Below, one piece after another: positions 1-10,385 of a stretch of 32,000 nt of DNA. The stretch spans positions 1-32,000 of the forward strand of contig NZ_CP069383.1 in NCBI RefSeq assembly GCF_017656055.1, written 5' to 3'. Position 1 is the first letter of the stretch; every line of letters begins with the position of its first letter. This stretch comes from Candidatus Saccharimonadota bacterium. GTDB lineage: Bacteria; Pseudomonadota; Gammaproteobacteria; Enterobacterales; Enterobacteriaceae. A program made the translations under genes and the position numbers. The notes beneath the pieces are model-generated. The model worked only from the letters and a program-made list of their open reading frames with translations. It did not search any database and was not told the origin of the DNA.

Positions 1-791
1 TGCAATATGATTCTGAAGTTGGTGCTGGTACTTTTCATCCATTAATATTTTTTAATTCAATAAAGTTAAATCCTTTAAAGTATATATATATACAGAAATC
101 TAGAAGACCTCAAGATTCTAAATTTAGTATTACAAAATTATATAATCATATACAATTACAAGTTATTATTTATCCTTCATATAATAATATACAAGAACTT
201 TATATTAATTCATTAGATAAAATAGGAATAAATAAAAATAATTACGATATAAAATTTTTAGATGATAATTGGAAAAATCCAACTTTATTAGCTTGGGGTA
301 TAGGAAATGAAGTACAAATTAATGGAATAGAAATTACACAAATAACAAATTTTATGTATATTGGTGGTATAAAATGTAATGGAAAAATATCTGAAATAAC
401 TTATGGTATAGAAAGAATATCTTCTATATTACAAAATTCTGATATTAATAATTTAGTTTGGGATTATAGTAATAATAATATTATTTATTATAAAGATATA
501 TTTTTAGAAAATTTTAATAATTATGATATGTATAATTCAAATAATAATATAAATTGTAATAACATATTAAATATTAATAGAATTATTGAAAATGAAATTG
601 AATTTTTATTAAATATGAAGAATCCATTAGTTTTTGTAGCTTATGATTATTTATTAAAAATTATAAATAATTTTAATATTTTAGATTCTAGGTTATATTT
701 TAGTAATTTTTATAAAAAGATATATATAAGTAAAATACAAAATATTTTAAAAAAAATTGTAAAAAAATATTTAAAAAATAATGAAAAGTAA
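1..791 (+). CDS. glyQ: Glycine--tRNA ligase alpha subunit. It is 5'-truncated by the window edge, and codons are in phase with position 3.
   Basis: The frame-3 translation starts QYDSEVGAGTFHP. Further on it reads FLDDNWKNPTLLAWGIGNEVQINGIEITQ...EITYGIERI, which matches E. coli GlyQ ([47 protein letters not shown]). The frame is continuous with ORF 354..791, the stop is TAA, and glyS follows as in E. coli. Confidence 0.93.
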   Translation, partial: QYDSEVGAGTFHPLIFFNSIKLNPLKYIYIQKSRRPQDSKFSITKLYNHIQLQVIIYPSYNNIQELYINSLDKIGINKNNYDIKFLDDNWKNPTLLAWGIGNEVQINGIEITQITNFMYIGGIKCNGKISEITYGIERISSILQNSDINNLVWDYSNNNIIYYKDIFLENFNNYDMYNSNNNINCNNILNINRIIENEIEFLLNMKNPLVFVAYDYLLKIINNFNILDSRLYFSNFYKKIYISKIQNILKKIVKKYLKNNEK

Positions 792-2814
792 TTTTTTAAT
801 AGAATTTTATATAGAAAAAATGCCATGTTCATTTATGTTTTATATATGTAAATTATTAAATGATAAAGTATTAATTTCTATGAATAAAGAATTTTTATTT
901 TTTAAAAAGGAAATAAAATTCTATTCTAGAAATAGAATATTATTTATATTTGAAGATTTAAATTATTATTTAAAAAATTTTTATTGTTATAAATATTTAG
1001 ATATTGAAAAAATTAATAAAAAAATTATTAAAAGTAATAAAATATTATTTAAAGATTATAAATTTTATATATTGAGATATAATAATTTTAATAATAATAT
1101 TATTTTTTTTATTATAAACTTTTTAAAAACTATATTATATAATATAAAAAAAATTAATATAAATGAGAATATATTTTTTTTTATAAATTCTATAAAAAAA
1201 ATAAATATTATAATAAATAATAAATTATTTATATTTTATATAGATAACAATTCGATTAATAATATTAATTATTATGAATCAAAATCTTTTAAAATAAATG
1301 ATTATTTAATTAATATTAAAAAAAAAAATAAGTTAATATTAGATTATAATTTAAGAAAAAGTAGATTATTAAGAATAATAAGAAATAGATTGAAAGTTAT
1401 AAAAAATAGTTTTATAAATTTTAAAAATAAAAAAAATATTATAAATAATTTATCTTTATTATTAGAATATCCAAAAGTATATATAATAAAATTAAATTTT
1501 AAAGTAAGTAAAAATTTTATTAATATATACAAATATATAATAAATAATAAATTTAAATCATTAGAAGTATATATTAATAATAGTATAACTAATTATATTT
1601 TATTTTTTACTAATAATAATATAAAAAAAAAAAATATATTTATTTCAAATGTTACTAATAATATAAATAATTATTTTAATGATATATTTAATTTAATTAA
1701 TATAGATAATAAGTTGAATTTTAATTTGATTAAGAAAAAAAAAAGTATAAATTTATATAATAGTTTATATAATAAATATATAAGAATAAAGAAAAATTTT
1801 ATATTCTTATATAAATACATTATATATTATGATATAAATAATAACTTTTTAATAGATTTTTTAAAATTTATTTTTTTAGATAAATTTTATTCTGTAACTA
1901 ATTTATCTTATGAATATAATAATATTCACTATATAATATGTTTATATTATTATAATAAGTCTAAAAATAAATCTAAAATAATAAAAAATAATTTTTATAA
2001 TATTTTTTATATAAAAAAAAAAAATATTTATAATATTTATAAAAATGTTTATATATATTTATATATTTTATTAGATGAGTTTGATAATATTATAATGATT
2101 ATTTACAATAATAAAAATTATGTAAAAAATATTCAAAAAACTGATATTTTAGAATTTAGAAAAAGTTTAAATATAATAATAAATATATTAATTAATAATA
2201 AGATATTAATACATTTAAAATATTTATTAAAGAGTATATTAAATTTATATAATTTATTAAATTTTAATGAAATCTTTAATTTATTAATTAATTTAATTTA
2301 TAAAAGAATATATAATTTTTATGTTAAAAATAATTTAATTGATAAAAATATATTTTTATCATTGATTAATAATATATATTATATTAAAAATAATTTTATA
2401 TTATATAATTTAAATTATAATATTGAAGAATTAAAAAAATTTATTGTAAAAAATAAATATTTATTTAGTAAAATTTTATTTTTTTATAAAAGAATAGATA
2501 AGTTAATTTTATCTTTAGAAAAAAAAGTATATCTAAATAATATAATAATAAATTATAGTTTATTAAAAACTTATAAGGAAAAAAAAATATTTAATTTAAT
2601 ATTGGATATTTATATATATAATAATAAAAATATATATTTTTATAATAATTCAAAATTATACAATAAAATATATAATTTGTTATTAAAAACTAATTTATTT
2701 TTAAATAAGTTTAATATATCTGAATCAAAAATATATTTTATTAATAGATTAAAAATATTAAAAAATGTTATTTATATAATAAAATATAATATTAATTTAA
2801 GTTTTTATCAATAA
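781..2814 (+). CDS. glyS: Glycine--tRNA ligase beta subunit, highly eroded.
   Basis: The product is 677 aa (E. coli about 689) and lies immediately after glyQ with an 11-nt overlap. The N-terminus FLIEFYIEKMP matches FLVEIGTEELP, and LLEYPKVYIIKLNF matches LVEWPVVLTAKFEE. Most other conserved blocks are unrecognisable. Confidence 0.8.
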   Translation: MKSNFLIEFYIEKMPCSFMFYICKLLNDKVLISMNKEFLFFKKEIKFYSRNRILFIFEDLNYYLKNFYCYKYLDIEKINKKIIKSNKILFKDYKFYILRYNNFNNNIIFFIINFLKTILYNIKKININENIFFFINSIKKINIIINNKLFIFYIDNNSINNINYYESKSFKINDYLINIKKKNKLILDYNLRKSRLLRIIRNRLKVIKNSFINFKNKKNIINNLSLLLEYPKVYIIKLNFKVSKNFINIYKYIINNKFKSLEVYINNSITNYILFFTNNNIKKKNIFISNVTNNINNYFNDIFNLINIDNKLNFNLIKKKKSINLYNSLYNKYIRIKKNFIFLYKYIIYYDINNNFLIDFLKFIFLDKFYSVTNLSYEYNNIHYIICLYYYNKSKNKSKIIKNNFYNIFYIKKKNIYNIYKNVYIYLYILLDEFDNIIMIIYNNKNYVKNIQKTDILEFRKSLNIIINILINNKILIHLKYLLKSILNLYNLLNFNEIFNLLINLIYKRIYNFYVKNNLIDKNIFLSLINNIYYIKNNFILYNLNYNIEELKKFIVKNKYLFSKILFFYKRIDKLILSLEKKVYLNNIIINYSLLKTYKEKKIFNLILDIYIYNNKNIYFYNNSKLYNKIYNLLLKTNLFLNKFNISESKIYFINRLKILKNVIYIIKYNINLSFYQ

Positions 2815-2834
2815 AATAATATTTTATAAGTAAA

Positions 2835-3923
2835 ATGAATTTTTTATTTTATATTTTTATTCTTATTTTATTTTTTTTTAATGAAAAAACTTACGTAAAT
2901 AATAAAAAAATAAGTAAAAAAATTTTTTTTAATAATATAAATAATAAATATAATTTTGATTTTTTTTGTAATAAAAAAAATATATTAAGTAATATTTATT
3001 TTAAGTATTCTAATAATTATAATACATTAACTATTATAGATTTTAATAATAAAAATATTATTATAAAAACATTTAATAATAATTATTTATATAAGGAATT
3101 ATTAATTATTGAAATACTTAATATTTTAAATATATATAATTTTAATATTTTTACATATAATGATATTAAAAAAAAATATTATTGTAATCATAAATTAAAT
3201 TTTTATAATAATCTTAAAAATAAAAATAATAATTATATATATATTGATAATTATTTAGTTGATTTTGCTAAATTTATAGTTAATTTTAAATTAAAAATTA
3301 AATTAATTAATAACATAAAATTGTTTTATATAAAAATTTCTTTTAAATTTATTGAAATATATAATATAATAAAAAATTATATAAATATATTAATAAAGTA
3401 TTCAAAAATATATAATATAGATATTATATTAGTATTATCAATAATAAAAGTGGAATCTAACTTTAATAAATATGCTGTTAGTAATTCAGGTGCTATAGGT
3501 ATAATGCAAATTATTTATAATAAGGCTGGTTTAGATGTTTATAATAATATAAATAATTTTTATAAATATCCGCATAAAAATATGTTATTTAATGTTTTTT
3601 ATAATATAAAAATGGGTATATGTTATTTAAGTATAATACAAAATAAATATCTTAGTGATATTAAAAATAAAGATTCTTTAAGATATTTAACTATAGCATC
3701 TTATAATGGAGGTGTTAACAATATTTTAAGAATTTTTAATAAAAATTTTAAAAAATCTATTACTATTATAAATAGTATGGATTCTAAATTAGTATATAAG
3801 TCAATAGTAAATCATCATCCATCTAAAGAAATAAGAAACTATTTAAAAGTTGTTAATAATTTATATTTAAAATATTATAAATATAAAAATATATATGTAT
3901 TTATTAATAATATAAAAAAATGA
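2835..3923 (+). CDS. mltC: Membrane-bound lytic murein transglycosylase of the MltC type, with an SLT domain.
   Basis: The C-terminal half reads [24 protein letters not shown]...NIKMGICYL...[14 protein letters not shown]...[15 protein letters not shown]. This aligns with E. coli MltC ([24 protein letters not shown]...AYNGGAGSVLRVF...RHPSAESRRYLYKVN). The length is 362 aa against about 359. The catalytic Glu of the ES motif is present. Confidence 0.78.
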   Translation: MNFLFYIFILILFFFNEKTYVNNKKISKKIFFNNINNKYNFDFFCNKKNILSNIYFKYSNNYNTLTIIDFNNKNIIIKTFNNNYLYKELLIIEILNILNIYNFNIFTYNDIKKKYYCNHKLNFYNNLKNKNNNYIYIDNYLVDFAKFIVNFKLKIKLINNIKLFYIKISFKFIEIYNIIKNYINILIKYSKIYNIDIILVLSIIKVESNFNKYAVSNSGAIGIMQIIYNKAGLDVYNNINNFYKYPHKNMLFNVFYNIKMGICYLSIIQNKYLSDIKNKDSLRYLTIASYNGGVNNILRIFNKNFKKSITIINSMDSKLVYKSIVNHHPSKEIRNYLKVVNNLYLKYYKYKNIYVFINNIKK

Positions 3924-5782
3924 ATAATAATAAATATGATGTAATTGTTGTAGGTGGCGGTCACGCAGGTATAGAAGCTTGTTATGTTTTATCTAAAATG
4001 AATTGTAAAACTTTATTAATTACGAGTAATATAGATAATATTGGTCAAATGTCTTGTAATCCTTCCATTGGAGGTATAGGTAAAAGTCATTTAGTTAAAG
4101 AAATAGATGCTTTAGATGGTGTTATGGCTATAATGGCCGATAAATCAGGTATTAATTTTAAAATTTTAAATACTAGTAAAGGAGAGTCAGTAAGATCTAC
4201 TAGAGTTCAAGTTGATAAAGTAATATATAAAAAAAATATTATAAATTTTTTATTTAATTTAAGTAATTTGACTATATTACAACAATTAGTAACTGATTTA
4301 ATAATAAATAATTATAAAATATATGGAGTAATAACTAATTTAGGAATTAAGTTTTATTCTAAATCTGTTGTTTTAACAATGGGAACTTTTTTGAATGGTT
4401 TAATATATGTTGGTAAAAAAATAGAGGAAGGTGGTAGAGTAGGAGATAATTCTTCTAAAAATTTATCATATAATATAAAGAGTAAATTAGGTATAAATAT
4501 AAATAGATTTAAAACTGGAACACCTCCAAGATTAAATTATAAATCTATAAATTATAAAATATTGGATTTTGAATCAACTGATTATCCTATAAGTAGATTT
4601 TCATATATAAGTAATAATAATTTTTTAAATCAAAAAAAATGTTTTATTACTAATACTAATATTAAAACTCATGATATTATATTAAAAAATTTACATTTAA
4701 GTCCTGTTTATAATGATTTAATAAAAGGTTTAGGTCCTAGATATTGTCCTTCTATAGAAGATAAAATTGTTAAATTTAAAAATAAAATTAGTCATAATAT
4801 ATTTTTAGAACCTGAAAGTTTAAATAATAATGAAATATATCCTACAGGTATATCAACTAGTTTACCATTTAATGTACAAATTGAAATGATAAAGTCTATA
4901 AATGGATTAGAAGATGCTAAAATTACTAGACCTGGATATGCTGTAGAATATGATTATTTTGATCCTAAAAATTTAGATTATACATTACAAAGTAAAAAAG
5001 TATCTGGTTTATTTTTTGCTGGACAGATTAATGGAACTACAGGATATGAAGAAGCTGCTTCTCAGGGATTAATTGCTGGTTTAAATGCTGGTAGATATTC
5101 TAAATATTTAGATTTATGGTATCCAAATAGAGATATATCATATATAGGTGTATTAATAGATGATTTATGTAATAAAGGTATAAATGAGCCTTATAGAATG
5201 TTTACAGCTAGATCTGAATATAGATTATATCTTAGAGAAGATAATGCTGATTATAGATTAACCGAAATAGGTTATAAATTAGGTATTGTTTCTAAGTATA
5301 GATGGAATATTTTTTCTAAAGAAAAAGAATTATTTGAAAATGAAAAAAATAAATTAAAAAATATAATTATAAATTCAAATTTTTTTAAAAATGAAAATAT
5401 TAATATAAAACTTAATAGGAATATTAGTATATATAATTTATTTAAAAATAATGATTTTAAATATAATTTTTTAAATATTATTCCTAATTTAAATTTATTA
5501 AATAATGATAATTTATATAGAAAAATAAAAATTGATTCTAAATATGAAAATTATATATTAAAACAAAGATTGGAAGTAAAAAAAATTAAAAAGTATTTAA
5601 ATTTTAAAATACCTGAAAATTTTAATTTTAATTTAATAAAAAATTTATCTAATGAAACTTTGGATATTATAAAAAAAAATAAATTTAGATATTTATATGA
5701 TTTATATAAAATACAGGGTATAAATATAAATACAATAAGTATAATATTAATTTGGTTTAAGAAAAATAGTTATATAAAATAA
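3920..5782 (+). CDS. mnmG: tRNA uridine-5-carboxymethylaminomethyl(34) synthesis enzyme MnmG (GidA).
   Basis: The N-terminus [15 protein letters not shown] carries the FAD motif. Other matches are [50 protein letters not shown] and [16 protein letters not shown]. The product is 620 aa. The start overlaps the mltC stop as ATGA. Confidence 0.96.
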   Translation: MNNNKYDVIVVGGGHAGIEACYVLSKMNCKTLLITSNIDNIGQMSCNPSIGGIGKSHLVKEIDALDGVMAIMADKSGINFKILNTSKGESVRSTRVQVDKVIYKKNIINFLFNLSNLTILQQLVTDLIINNYKIYGVITNLGIKFYSKSVVLTMGTFLNGLIYVGKKIEEGGRVGDNSSKNLSYNIKSKLGININRFKTGTPPRLNYKSINYKILDFESTDYPISRFSYISNNNFLNQKKCFITNTNIKTHDIILKNLHLSPVYNDLIKGLGPRYCPSIEDKIVKFKNKISHNIFLEPESLNNNEIYPTGISTSLPFNVQIEMIKSINGLEDAKITRPGYAVEYDYFDPKNLDYTLQSKKVSGLFFAGQINGTTGYEEAASQGLIAGLNAGRYSKYLDLWYPNRDISYIGVLIDDLCNKGINEPYRMFTARSEYRLYLREDNADYRLTEIGYKLGIVSKYRWNIFSKEKELFENEKNKLKNIIINSNFFKNENINIKLNRNISIYNLFKNNDFKYNFLNIIPNLNLLNNDNLYRKIKIDSKYENYILKQRLEVKKIKKYLNFKIPENFNFNLIKNLSNETLDIIKKNKFRYLYDLYKIQGININTISIILIWFKKNSYIK

Positions 5783-5798
5783 ATTTTTTTTTAAAATT

Positions 5799-6800
5799 AT
5801 GAGTAAATTATTTAGTATAAATACTTTTTCTTTTATAATAAAATCAAAATATATAAAAATAATAAAATCTGTAGAAAAGTTAAAAAAAATTATATTAAAA
5901 TATAATATAAGTAAATATAATAGTATAATTTTGGGTGACTGTAGTAATACAATATTTTTAGAAAATTTTAATGGTTTTATTTTATTAAATAGAATTTTTG
6001 GTATAAAGAAATATAATTATAAAAAAAAATGGATTTTACATGTTAATTCTGGAGAAAAATGGTATAAATTAGTAAAATTTTCTTTAAAAAATAATATATA
6101 TGGTTTAGAAAATTTATATAATATACCTGGTAGAGTAGGATCAGCACCTGTTAATAATATAGGTGCTTATGGTGTAGAATTAAAAAATTTTTGTAAATAT
6201 GTTTATGTTATTAATATAAATAATTTAAAAATATATAAATTAAATAATAAAGAATGTAATTTTAAATATAGAGATAGCATATTTAAGAATAATAATTATA
6301 TAATAATATCTATTGTTTTAGAATTATATAAGAAATGGAAACCTATATTATATAAAAATATTTTTAATAATATTAATATTAATATATTAGTTCCTAATTT
6401 AATTAGTAATATTATATATAAAAATAGAAAAAAAAATATACCAGATTATAATATTATTGGTAATTCTGGAAGTTTTTTTAAAAATTTTTTAGTTAGTTAT
6501 AATTATATAAAAAAATATAATAATATTCCTTATATTAAATATAATAATAATTTGTGTAAAATAAGTACTAATTGGATAATTAATAATTCGTTTAATAAAA
6601 ATTTAAAAATTGGTAATATATCAATGTTTAATAGAAATAAAATAATTTTAGTAAATTATAATAAATTTGAACCTAGAAATTTAATAATTATAATTAGAAT
6701 TATTAAAAAAATTATAAAGAATAAATTTAGTTTAAAATTAATAAATGAAGTTTTTCTTATAAAAAATAATTTAATAAATAAAAATAAATGGTTAAAATAA
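5799..6800 (+). CDS. murB: UDP-N-acetylenolpyruvoylglucosamine reductase.
   Basis: [81 protein letters not shown] and GNSGSFFKN align with E. coli MurB ([64 protein letters not shown]). The product is 333 aa against 342. Confidence 0.9.
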   Translation: MSKLFSINTFSFIIKSKYIKIIKSVEKLKKIILKYNISKYNSIILGDCSNTIFLENFNGFILLNRIFGIKKYNYKKKWILHVNSGEKWYKLVKFSLKNNIYGLENLYNIPGRVGSAPVNNIGAYGVELKNFCKYVYVININNLKIYKLNNKECNFKYRDSIFKNNNYIIISIVLELYKKWKPILYKNIFNNININILVPNLISNIIYKNRKKNIPDYNIIGNSGSFFKNFLVSYNYIKKYNNIPYIKYNNNLCKISTNWIINNSFNKNLKIGNISMFNRNKIILVNYNKFEPRNLIIIIRIIKKIIKNKFSLKLINEVFLIKNNLINKNKWLK

Positions 6801-7030
6801 GATTATCAAGATTTGGTAGAAAAAAATTACCTTTTTATCGTATAGTTGTATGTGATTCTAGAAGTCCTAGGGATGGTAAATTTATAGATAAAATAGGTTT
6901 TTATGATCCAATTAATAATAATGTTAAAATCGATATTTTAAAGGTTAATAAATGGATTAAAAATGGAGCAAAGATGTCAAATATAGTTTTAAATATATAT
7001 AAAAAATATATTATAAATAGTAGTAAATAA
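6788..7030 (+). CDS. rpsP: 30S ribosomal protein S16.
   Basis: [41 protein letters not shown] is a canonical S16 N-terminus. The gene overlaps the murB 3' end by 13 nt and is followed by trmD and rplS, as in the E. coli operon. Confidence 0.95.
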   Translation: MVKIRLSRFGRKKLPFYRIVVCDSRSPRDGKFIDKIGFYDPINNNVKIDILKVNKWIKNGAKMSNIVLNIYKKYIINSSK

Positions 7031-7758
7031 TGAAATTTATTATAATAACACTATTTCCTAATTTTATTAATTCTTTTAAAAATCAAGGAATAATAAAAAA
7101 AGCTATAGATAATAATATAATTGATATAAATATATTTGATATAAAAAAATATGGTAATAATAAAATAGATGATAAACAATATGGAGGTGGAAAAGGAATG
7201 ATTATAAAACCTAATCCATTATATAATTGTATAAAAGAAGCAAAATTTTTATTAAAATTTAATTGTAAAGTATTATATTTAACTCCTAAAGGTAAAATTT
7301 TAAATACATCTTTTATAAAAAATAAACTACTTAATAAAAATATAATTATAATATGTGGTAGATATAAAGATATAGATGAAAGAATAATTTTAACTGAAGT
7401 TGATGAAGAAATATCTATAGGTGATTATGTTTTAAGTAATGGAGATTTACCATCAATGATATTAATAGATTCTATTGTAAGACTATTACCTGGAGTAATA
7501 AGTAATTCATATAAAACTGATTCTTTTTATAATGAATCTAATTTATTAGGATATCCATGTTATACTAAACCTTTTATTTTTAATAATATTAAAGTTCCTG
7601 AGATTTTATTATCTGGAAATCATAAATTAATATATAAATGGCGTTTAATTAAATCTATAGAAAAAACTATGTTAAATAGGCCTGAATTAATAAATTTTAA
7701 TAAATTTAATGATTTAGAAAAAAAAATATTTTATAATTTTATTAAAAATAATAATTAA
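7030..7758 (+). CDS. trmD: tRNA (guanine37-N1)-methyltransferase.
   Basis: Matches include ITLFPNFINSF, DDKQYGGGKGMIIKPNPL, IIICGRYKDIDERI, EEISIGDYVLSNGDLPSMILIDSIVRLLPGV and LLSGNHKLIYKWR. The product is 242 aa. Its junction with rpsP is TAATG. Confidence 0.93.
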   Translation: MKFIIITLFPNFINSFKNQGIIKKAIDNNIIDINIFDIKKYGNNKIDDKQYGGGKGMIIKPNPLYNCIKEAKFLLKFNCKVLYLTPKGKILNTSFIKNKLLNKNIIIICGRYKDIDERIILTEVDEEISIGDYVLSNGDLPSMILIDSIVRLLPGVISNSYKTDSFYNESNLLGYPCYTKPFIFNNIKVPEILLSGNHKLIYKWRLIKSIEKTMLNRPELINFNKFNDLEKKIFYNFIKNNN

Positions 7759-7763
7759 ATAAT

Positions 7764-8102
7764 ATGAAAAGTAAATATATAATTAATTTTGAATTTAATC
7801 AATATAAAAATAAAATTATTTATTTAAAATCAGGATTTTATGTTAAAGTTAATTTTTATAGTAATTTAGATGTTAAAAAAAAAATATTTTTTACTGGTAT
7901 TATAATATCTGTAAGAAATAAAGGTATTTCAAGTTCTATTTTAGTAAGAAAGGTTTTAAATAATAATGAAGGTGTGGAAAAAATGTTTTTTATATATTCA
8001 GATAATATAATTAAAATAGATATATTAAAAAAATATCTTTTTAATAAATCTAAACTTTATAATATTAGAAAAAAATTAAATAAAATTGTCAAATTTACAT
8101 AA
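7764..8102 (+). CDS. rplS: 50S ribosomal protein L19.
   Basis: FTGIIISVRNKGISSSILVRKVLNNNEGVEKMFFIYSDNI aligns with E. coli L19 ([37 protein letters not shown]). The product is 112 aa and sits in the operon position after trmD. Confidence 0.9.
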   Translation: MKSKYIINFEFNQYKNKIIYLKSGFYVKVNFYSNLDVKKKIFFTGIIISVRNKGISSSILVRKVLNNNEGVEKMFFIYSDNIIKIDILKKYLFNKSKLYNIRKKLNKIVKFT

Positions 8103-8182
8103 AATATATTGTTTTTATAATATATTATATTAATATATAATTATATTATAATTTTAATTAATTTATTAAAATTAATTATTTT

Positions 8183-9235
8183 ATGAATAATAATTTTTCA
8201 TTTAATTCTCAGGAATTTAATTTTCCGTCTCCTAAATATATAAAAAATAATAATATTTTAATAAATAAAAATTATGAAAATATATGTACATTTAGAAAAG
8301 ATATATCAAATATTATTAGTAGAAATAATAATAAATTATTATTAATATGTGGTCCTTGTTCTATACACAATATAGAGGAATCTATTGAATATTCTAATTT
8401 ACTAAAAAAAATATCTTTAGAAGTAAATGATTATATATATATAATAATGAGAACTTATTTTGAAAAACCTAGAACTTCTATTGGTTGGAAGGGTTTTATA
8501 AATGATCCTAATTTAAATAATACATTTGATATGGAATTAGGTATTAATAAATCTATAGAATTTTTAAATTATTTATTAGATATAGAATTGCCATCTGGAA
8601 TAGAATTATTAAATCCATTAATATTAAAATATATTGGTGATTATGTTAGTTGGATATCTATAGGTGCAAGAACTTCAGAATCACAAATACATAGAGAAAT
8701 TTGTTCGTCTTTAAATATTCCTATTGGATTTAAAAATTCTACTGATGGTAGTATATTTTCATCTATAAATTCTATAAAATCTTGTTATAATTCTCATGTA
8801 TTTCTTAATATAAATGAAGATGGAATTATATCCTTAATTAAATCTAAAGGTAATAAAAATACTAATATAATATTAAGAGGTGGATATTCTCCTAATTATT
8901 ATAATGAAAATATAAATGAGTATATAAATATTATAAATAAGAATAATTTGTTAAATACCTCTATAATAGTAGATTGTAGTCATAATAATTCTAATAAAGA
9001 TTATAGAAATCAGGGAAAAGTTTTTAATTATGTTTTAAATAATATATTAAATGGTAATGATTATATTAAAGGTTTAATGATAGAAAGTTATATAAAAGAA
9101 GGAAATCAAAATTTAGATAATAATAAACTTAAATACGGTTTATCTATAACAGATTCTTGTATAGGATGGAATGAGACTGAAGATATAATATATAATTTAT
9201 ATAATAAATATAAAAATTATATTTTAAGTAAATAG
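8183..9235 (+). CDS. aroF: 3-deoxy-7-phosphoheptulonate (DAHP) synthase, class I, AroF-like isozyme.
   Basis: Matches include LLICGPCSIHN, MRTYFEKPRTSIGWKGFINDP, IGARTSESQIHRE, GFKNSTDGS and ILRGG. The blocks VDCSHNNSNKDYRNQ and GLMIESYIKEGNQ match AroF (VDCSHGNSNKDYRRQ, GLMIESNIHEGNQ) better than AroG or AroH. The gene is immediately followed by tyrA, as in the E. coli aroF-tyrA operon. The product is 350 aa. Confidence 0.85.
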   Translation: MNNNFSFNSQEFNFPSPKYIKNNNILINKNYENICTFRKDISNIISRNNNKLLLICGPCSIHNIEESIEYSNLLKKISLEVNDYIYIIMRTYFEKPRTSIGWKGFINDPNLNNTFDMELGINKSIEFLNYLLDIELPSGIELLNPLILKYIGDYVSWISIGARTSESQIHREICSSLNIPIGFKNSTDGSIFSSINSIKSCYNSHVFLNINEDGIISLIKSKGNKNTNIILRGGYSPNYYNENINEYINIINKNNLLNTSIIVDCSHNNSNKDYRNQGKVFNYVLNNILNGNDYIKGLMIESYIKEGNQNLDNNKLKYGLSITDSCIGWNETEDIIYNLYNKYKNYILSK

Positions 9236-9236
9236 T

Positions 9237-10361
9237 ATGAAAAGTATTTTAGATGATGTAAGAAATAGTATAGATATAATAGATAATAAGATTTTAGATT
9301 TAGTGAATGAAAGATTTGAGTTAATAAAAAAAATAGGTCTATTGAAGTTTAAATATAATATTATTTTATATGATAAAAATAGAGAAAAAAAAATTATAAG
9401 AAATAAAATTTTAAATAATATTAATAATAATATAAGTAATAATTTTATATATAATTTATTTAAAATATTTTTTTTTGAATCTTATAAAATTCAATTAAAA
9501 ATAATAAATAATAAAAAAAGTATTAAATCTAATAAAAATATAGTTATAATAGGTGGAACTGGTAAGATTGGAAAAATATTTTTTAATATTTTAGATAAAA
9601 AGGGTTATAATGTTTTTTCTATAAATTCAAAAAATTGGGATTGTTTTAATATTAATAAAGCTGATTTAATAATAATAAGTGTTCCAATATCAAAATTTAA
9701 ATTTATATTTGATAAAGTAATTACTATATGTAAAGAAGATTGTATTTTGGTGGATGTTTTATCTAATAAATCATGTAATATAAAATATGCAAAAGAAAAG
9801 TATAATGGGCCTATTTTAAGTATACATCCTATGTTTGGACCTAAAATAAATAATTTTATAAAGAAAAAAATTTTATATATAAACATTAAATTTAAAGATA
9901 AATATATTTGGTTTATAGATTTACTAAAAGAAGTTGGATTTATTTTATATGAAATTGATAGTGTTGTTGAACATGATAATTATATGAAATATATACAATC
10001 ATTAAGATATTTATTTTTTTTATTATATAGTAATATTTTATTAAAAAGTAATTTGAATATTAATAAAATTATAAAATATTCTCCATTTAATAATGAAATT
10101 TTAATATATTTATTTTTTAATTTTTGTTCTCAAAATATTGATTTATATTTAGAAATAATTAATTCTAATTTTTGTAATAATTTTGATATTATAAATAATT
10201 TAATTAATGATTTAATGTTTTTAAAATTAAATATAAATATAAATAATAAAAATTTAATAAATAAATATTCTTTTTTAGATAATTTAAATAATTTTCCTTA
10301 TATAAAAAAAATTAATAATAATGTTAATAAATTATTTAATTTATTTTCTATTTTAAAATAA
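9237..10361 (+). CDS. tyrA: Bifunctional chorismate mutase / prephenate dehydrogenase (T-protein).
   Basis: The product is 374 aa against 373 in E. coli. The N-terminal CM domain reads VRNSIDIIDNKILDLVNERFELIKKIG. The PDH domain reads IVIIGGTGKIGKIF...LIIISVPI...KEDCILVDVLSNK...GPILSIHPMFGP...VVEHDNYMKYIQSLRY. These align with VVIVGGGGQMGRLF, MVIVSVPI, KDCILVDLASVK, GPVLGLHPMFGP and AVEHDQNMAFIQALRH. Confidence 0.9.
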   Translation: MKSILDDVRNSIDIIDNKILDLVNERFELIKKIGLLKFKYNIILYDKNREKKIIRNKILNNINNNISNNFIYNLFKIFFFESYKIQLKIINNKKSIKSNKNIVIIGGTGKIGKIFFNILDKKGYNVFSINSKNWDCFNINKADLIIISVPISKFKFIFDKVITICKEDCILVDVLSNKSCNIKYAKEKYNGPILSIHPMFGPKINNFIKKKILYINIKFKDKYIWFIDLLKEVGFILYEIDSVVEHDNYMKYIQSLRYLFFLLYSNILLKSNLNINKIIKYSPFNNEILIYLFFNFCSQNIDLYLEIINSNFCNNFDIINNLINDLMFLKLNININNKNLINKYSFLDNLNNFPYIKKINNNVNKLFNLFSILK

Positions 10362-10385
10362 TTTAAAATAAAAAATTAATTTAAT

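Noticed and set aside
1344-1532. Antisense ORFs from the six-frame track lie opposite real genes. They are 1344-1532(-), 9605-9886(-), 12899-13090(+), 16561-16905(+), 19851-20066(+), 20100-20369(+) and 21486-21866(+).
   Set aside because: Each lies entirely antisense to a gene with clear homology. Their translations are F/L/I-rich mirror images of K/N/I-rich sense codons, as expected by chance when the sense strand is A-rich and stop codons on the T-rich complement are depleted. None has a recognisable motif.
3800-5900. I considered a possible oriC next to mnmG (gidA), as in E. coli.
   Set aside because: mnmG overlaps mltC upstream and is 16 bp from murB downstream. There is no non-coding space and no DnaA-box cluster that I could recognise.
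8149-8174. A 10-bp all-A/T hairpin (taattttaat / attaaaatta, loop taattt) lies in the rplS-aroF gap and could be a terminator or regulatory element.
   Set aside because: It is short, has no G-C pairs and has no clean downstream U tract. Palindromes of this size are expected by chance in nearly pure A/T sequence. I did not judge it supportable.
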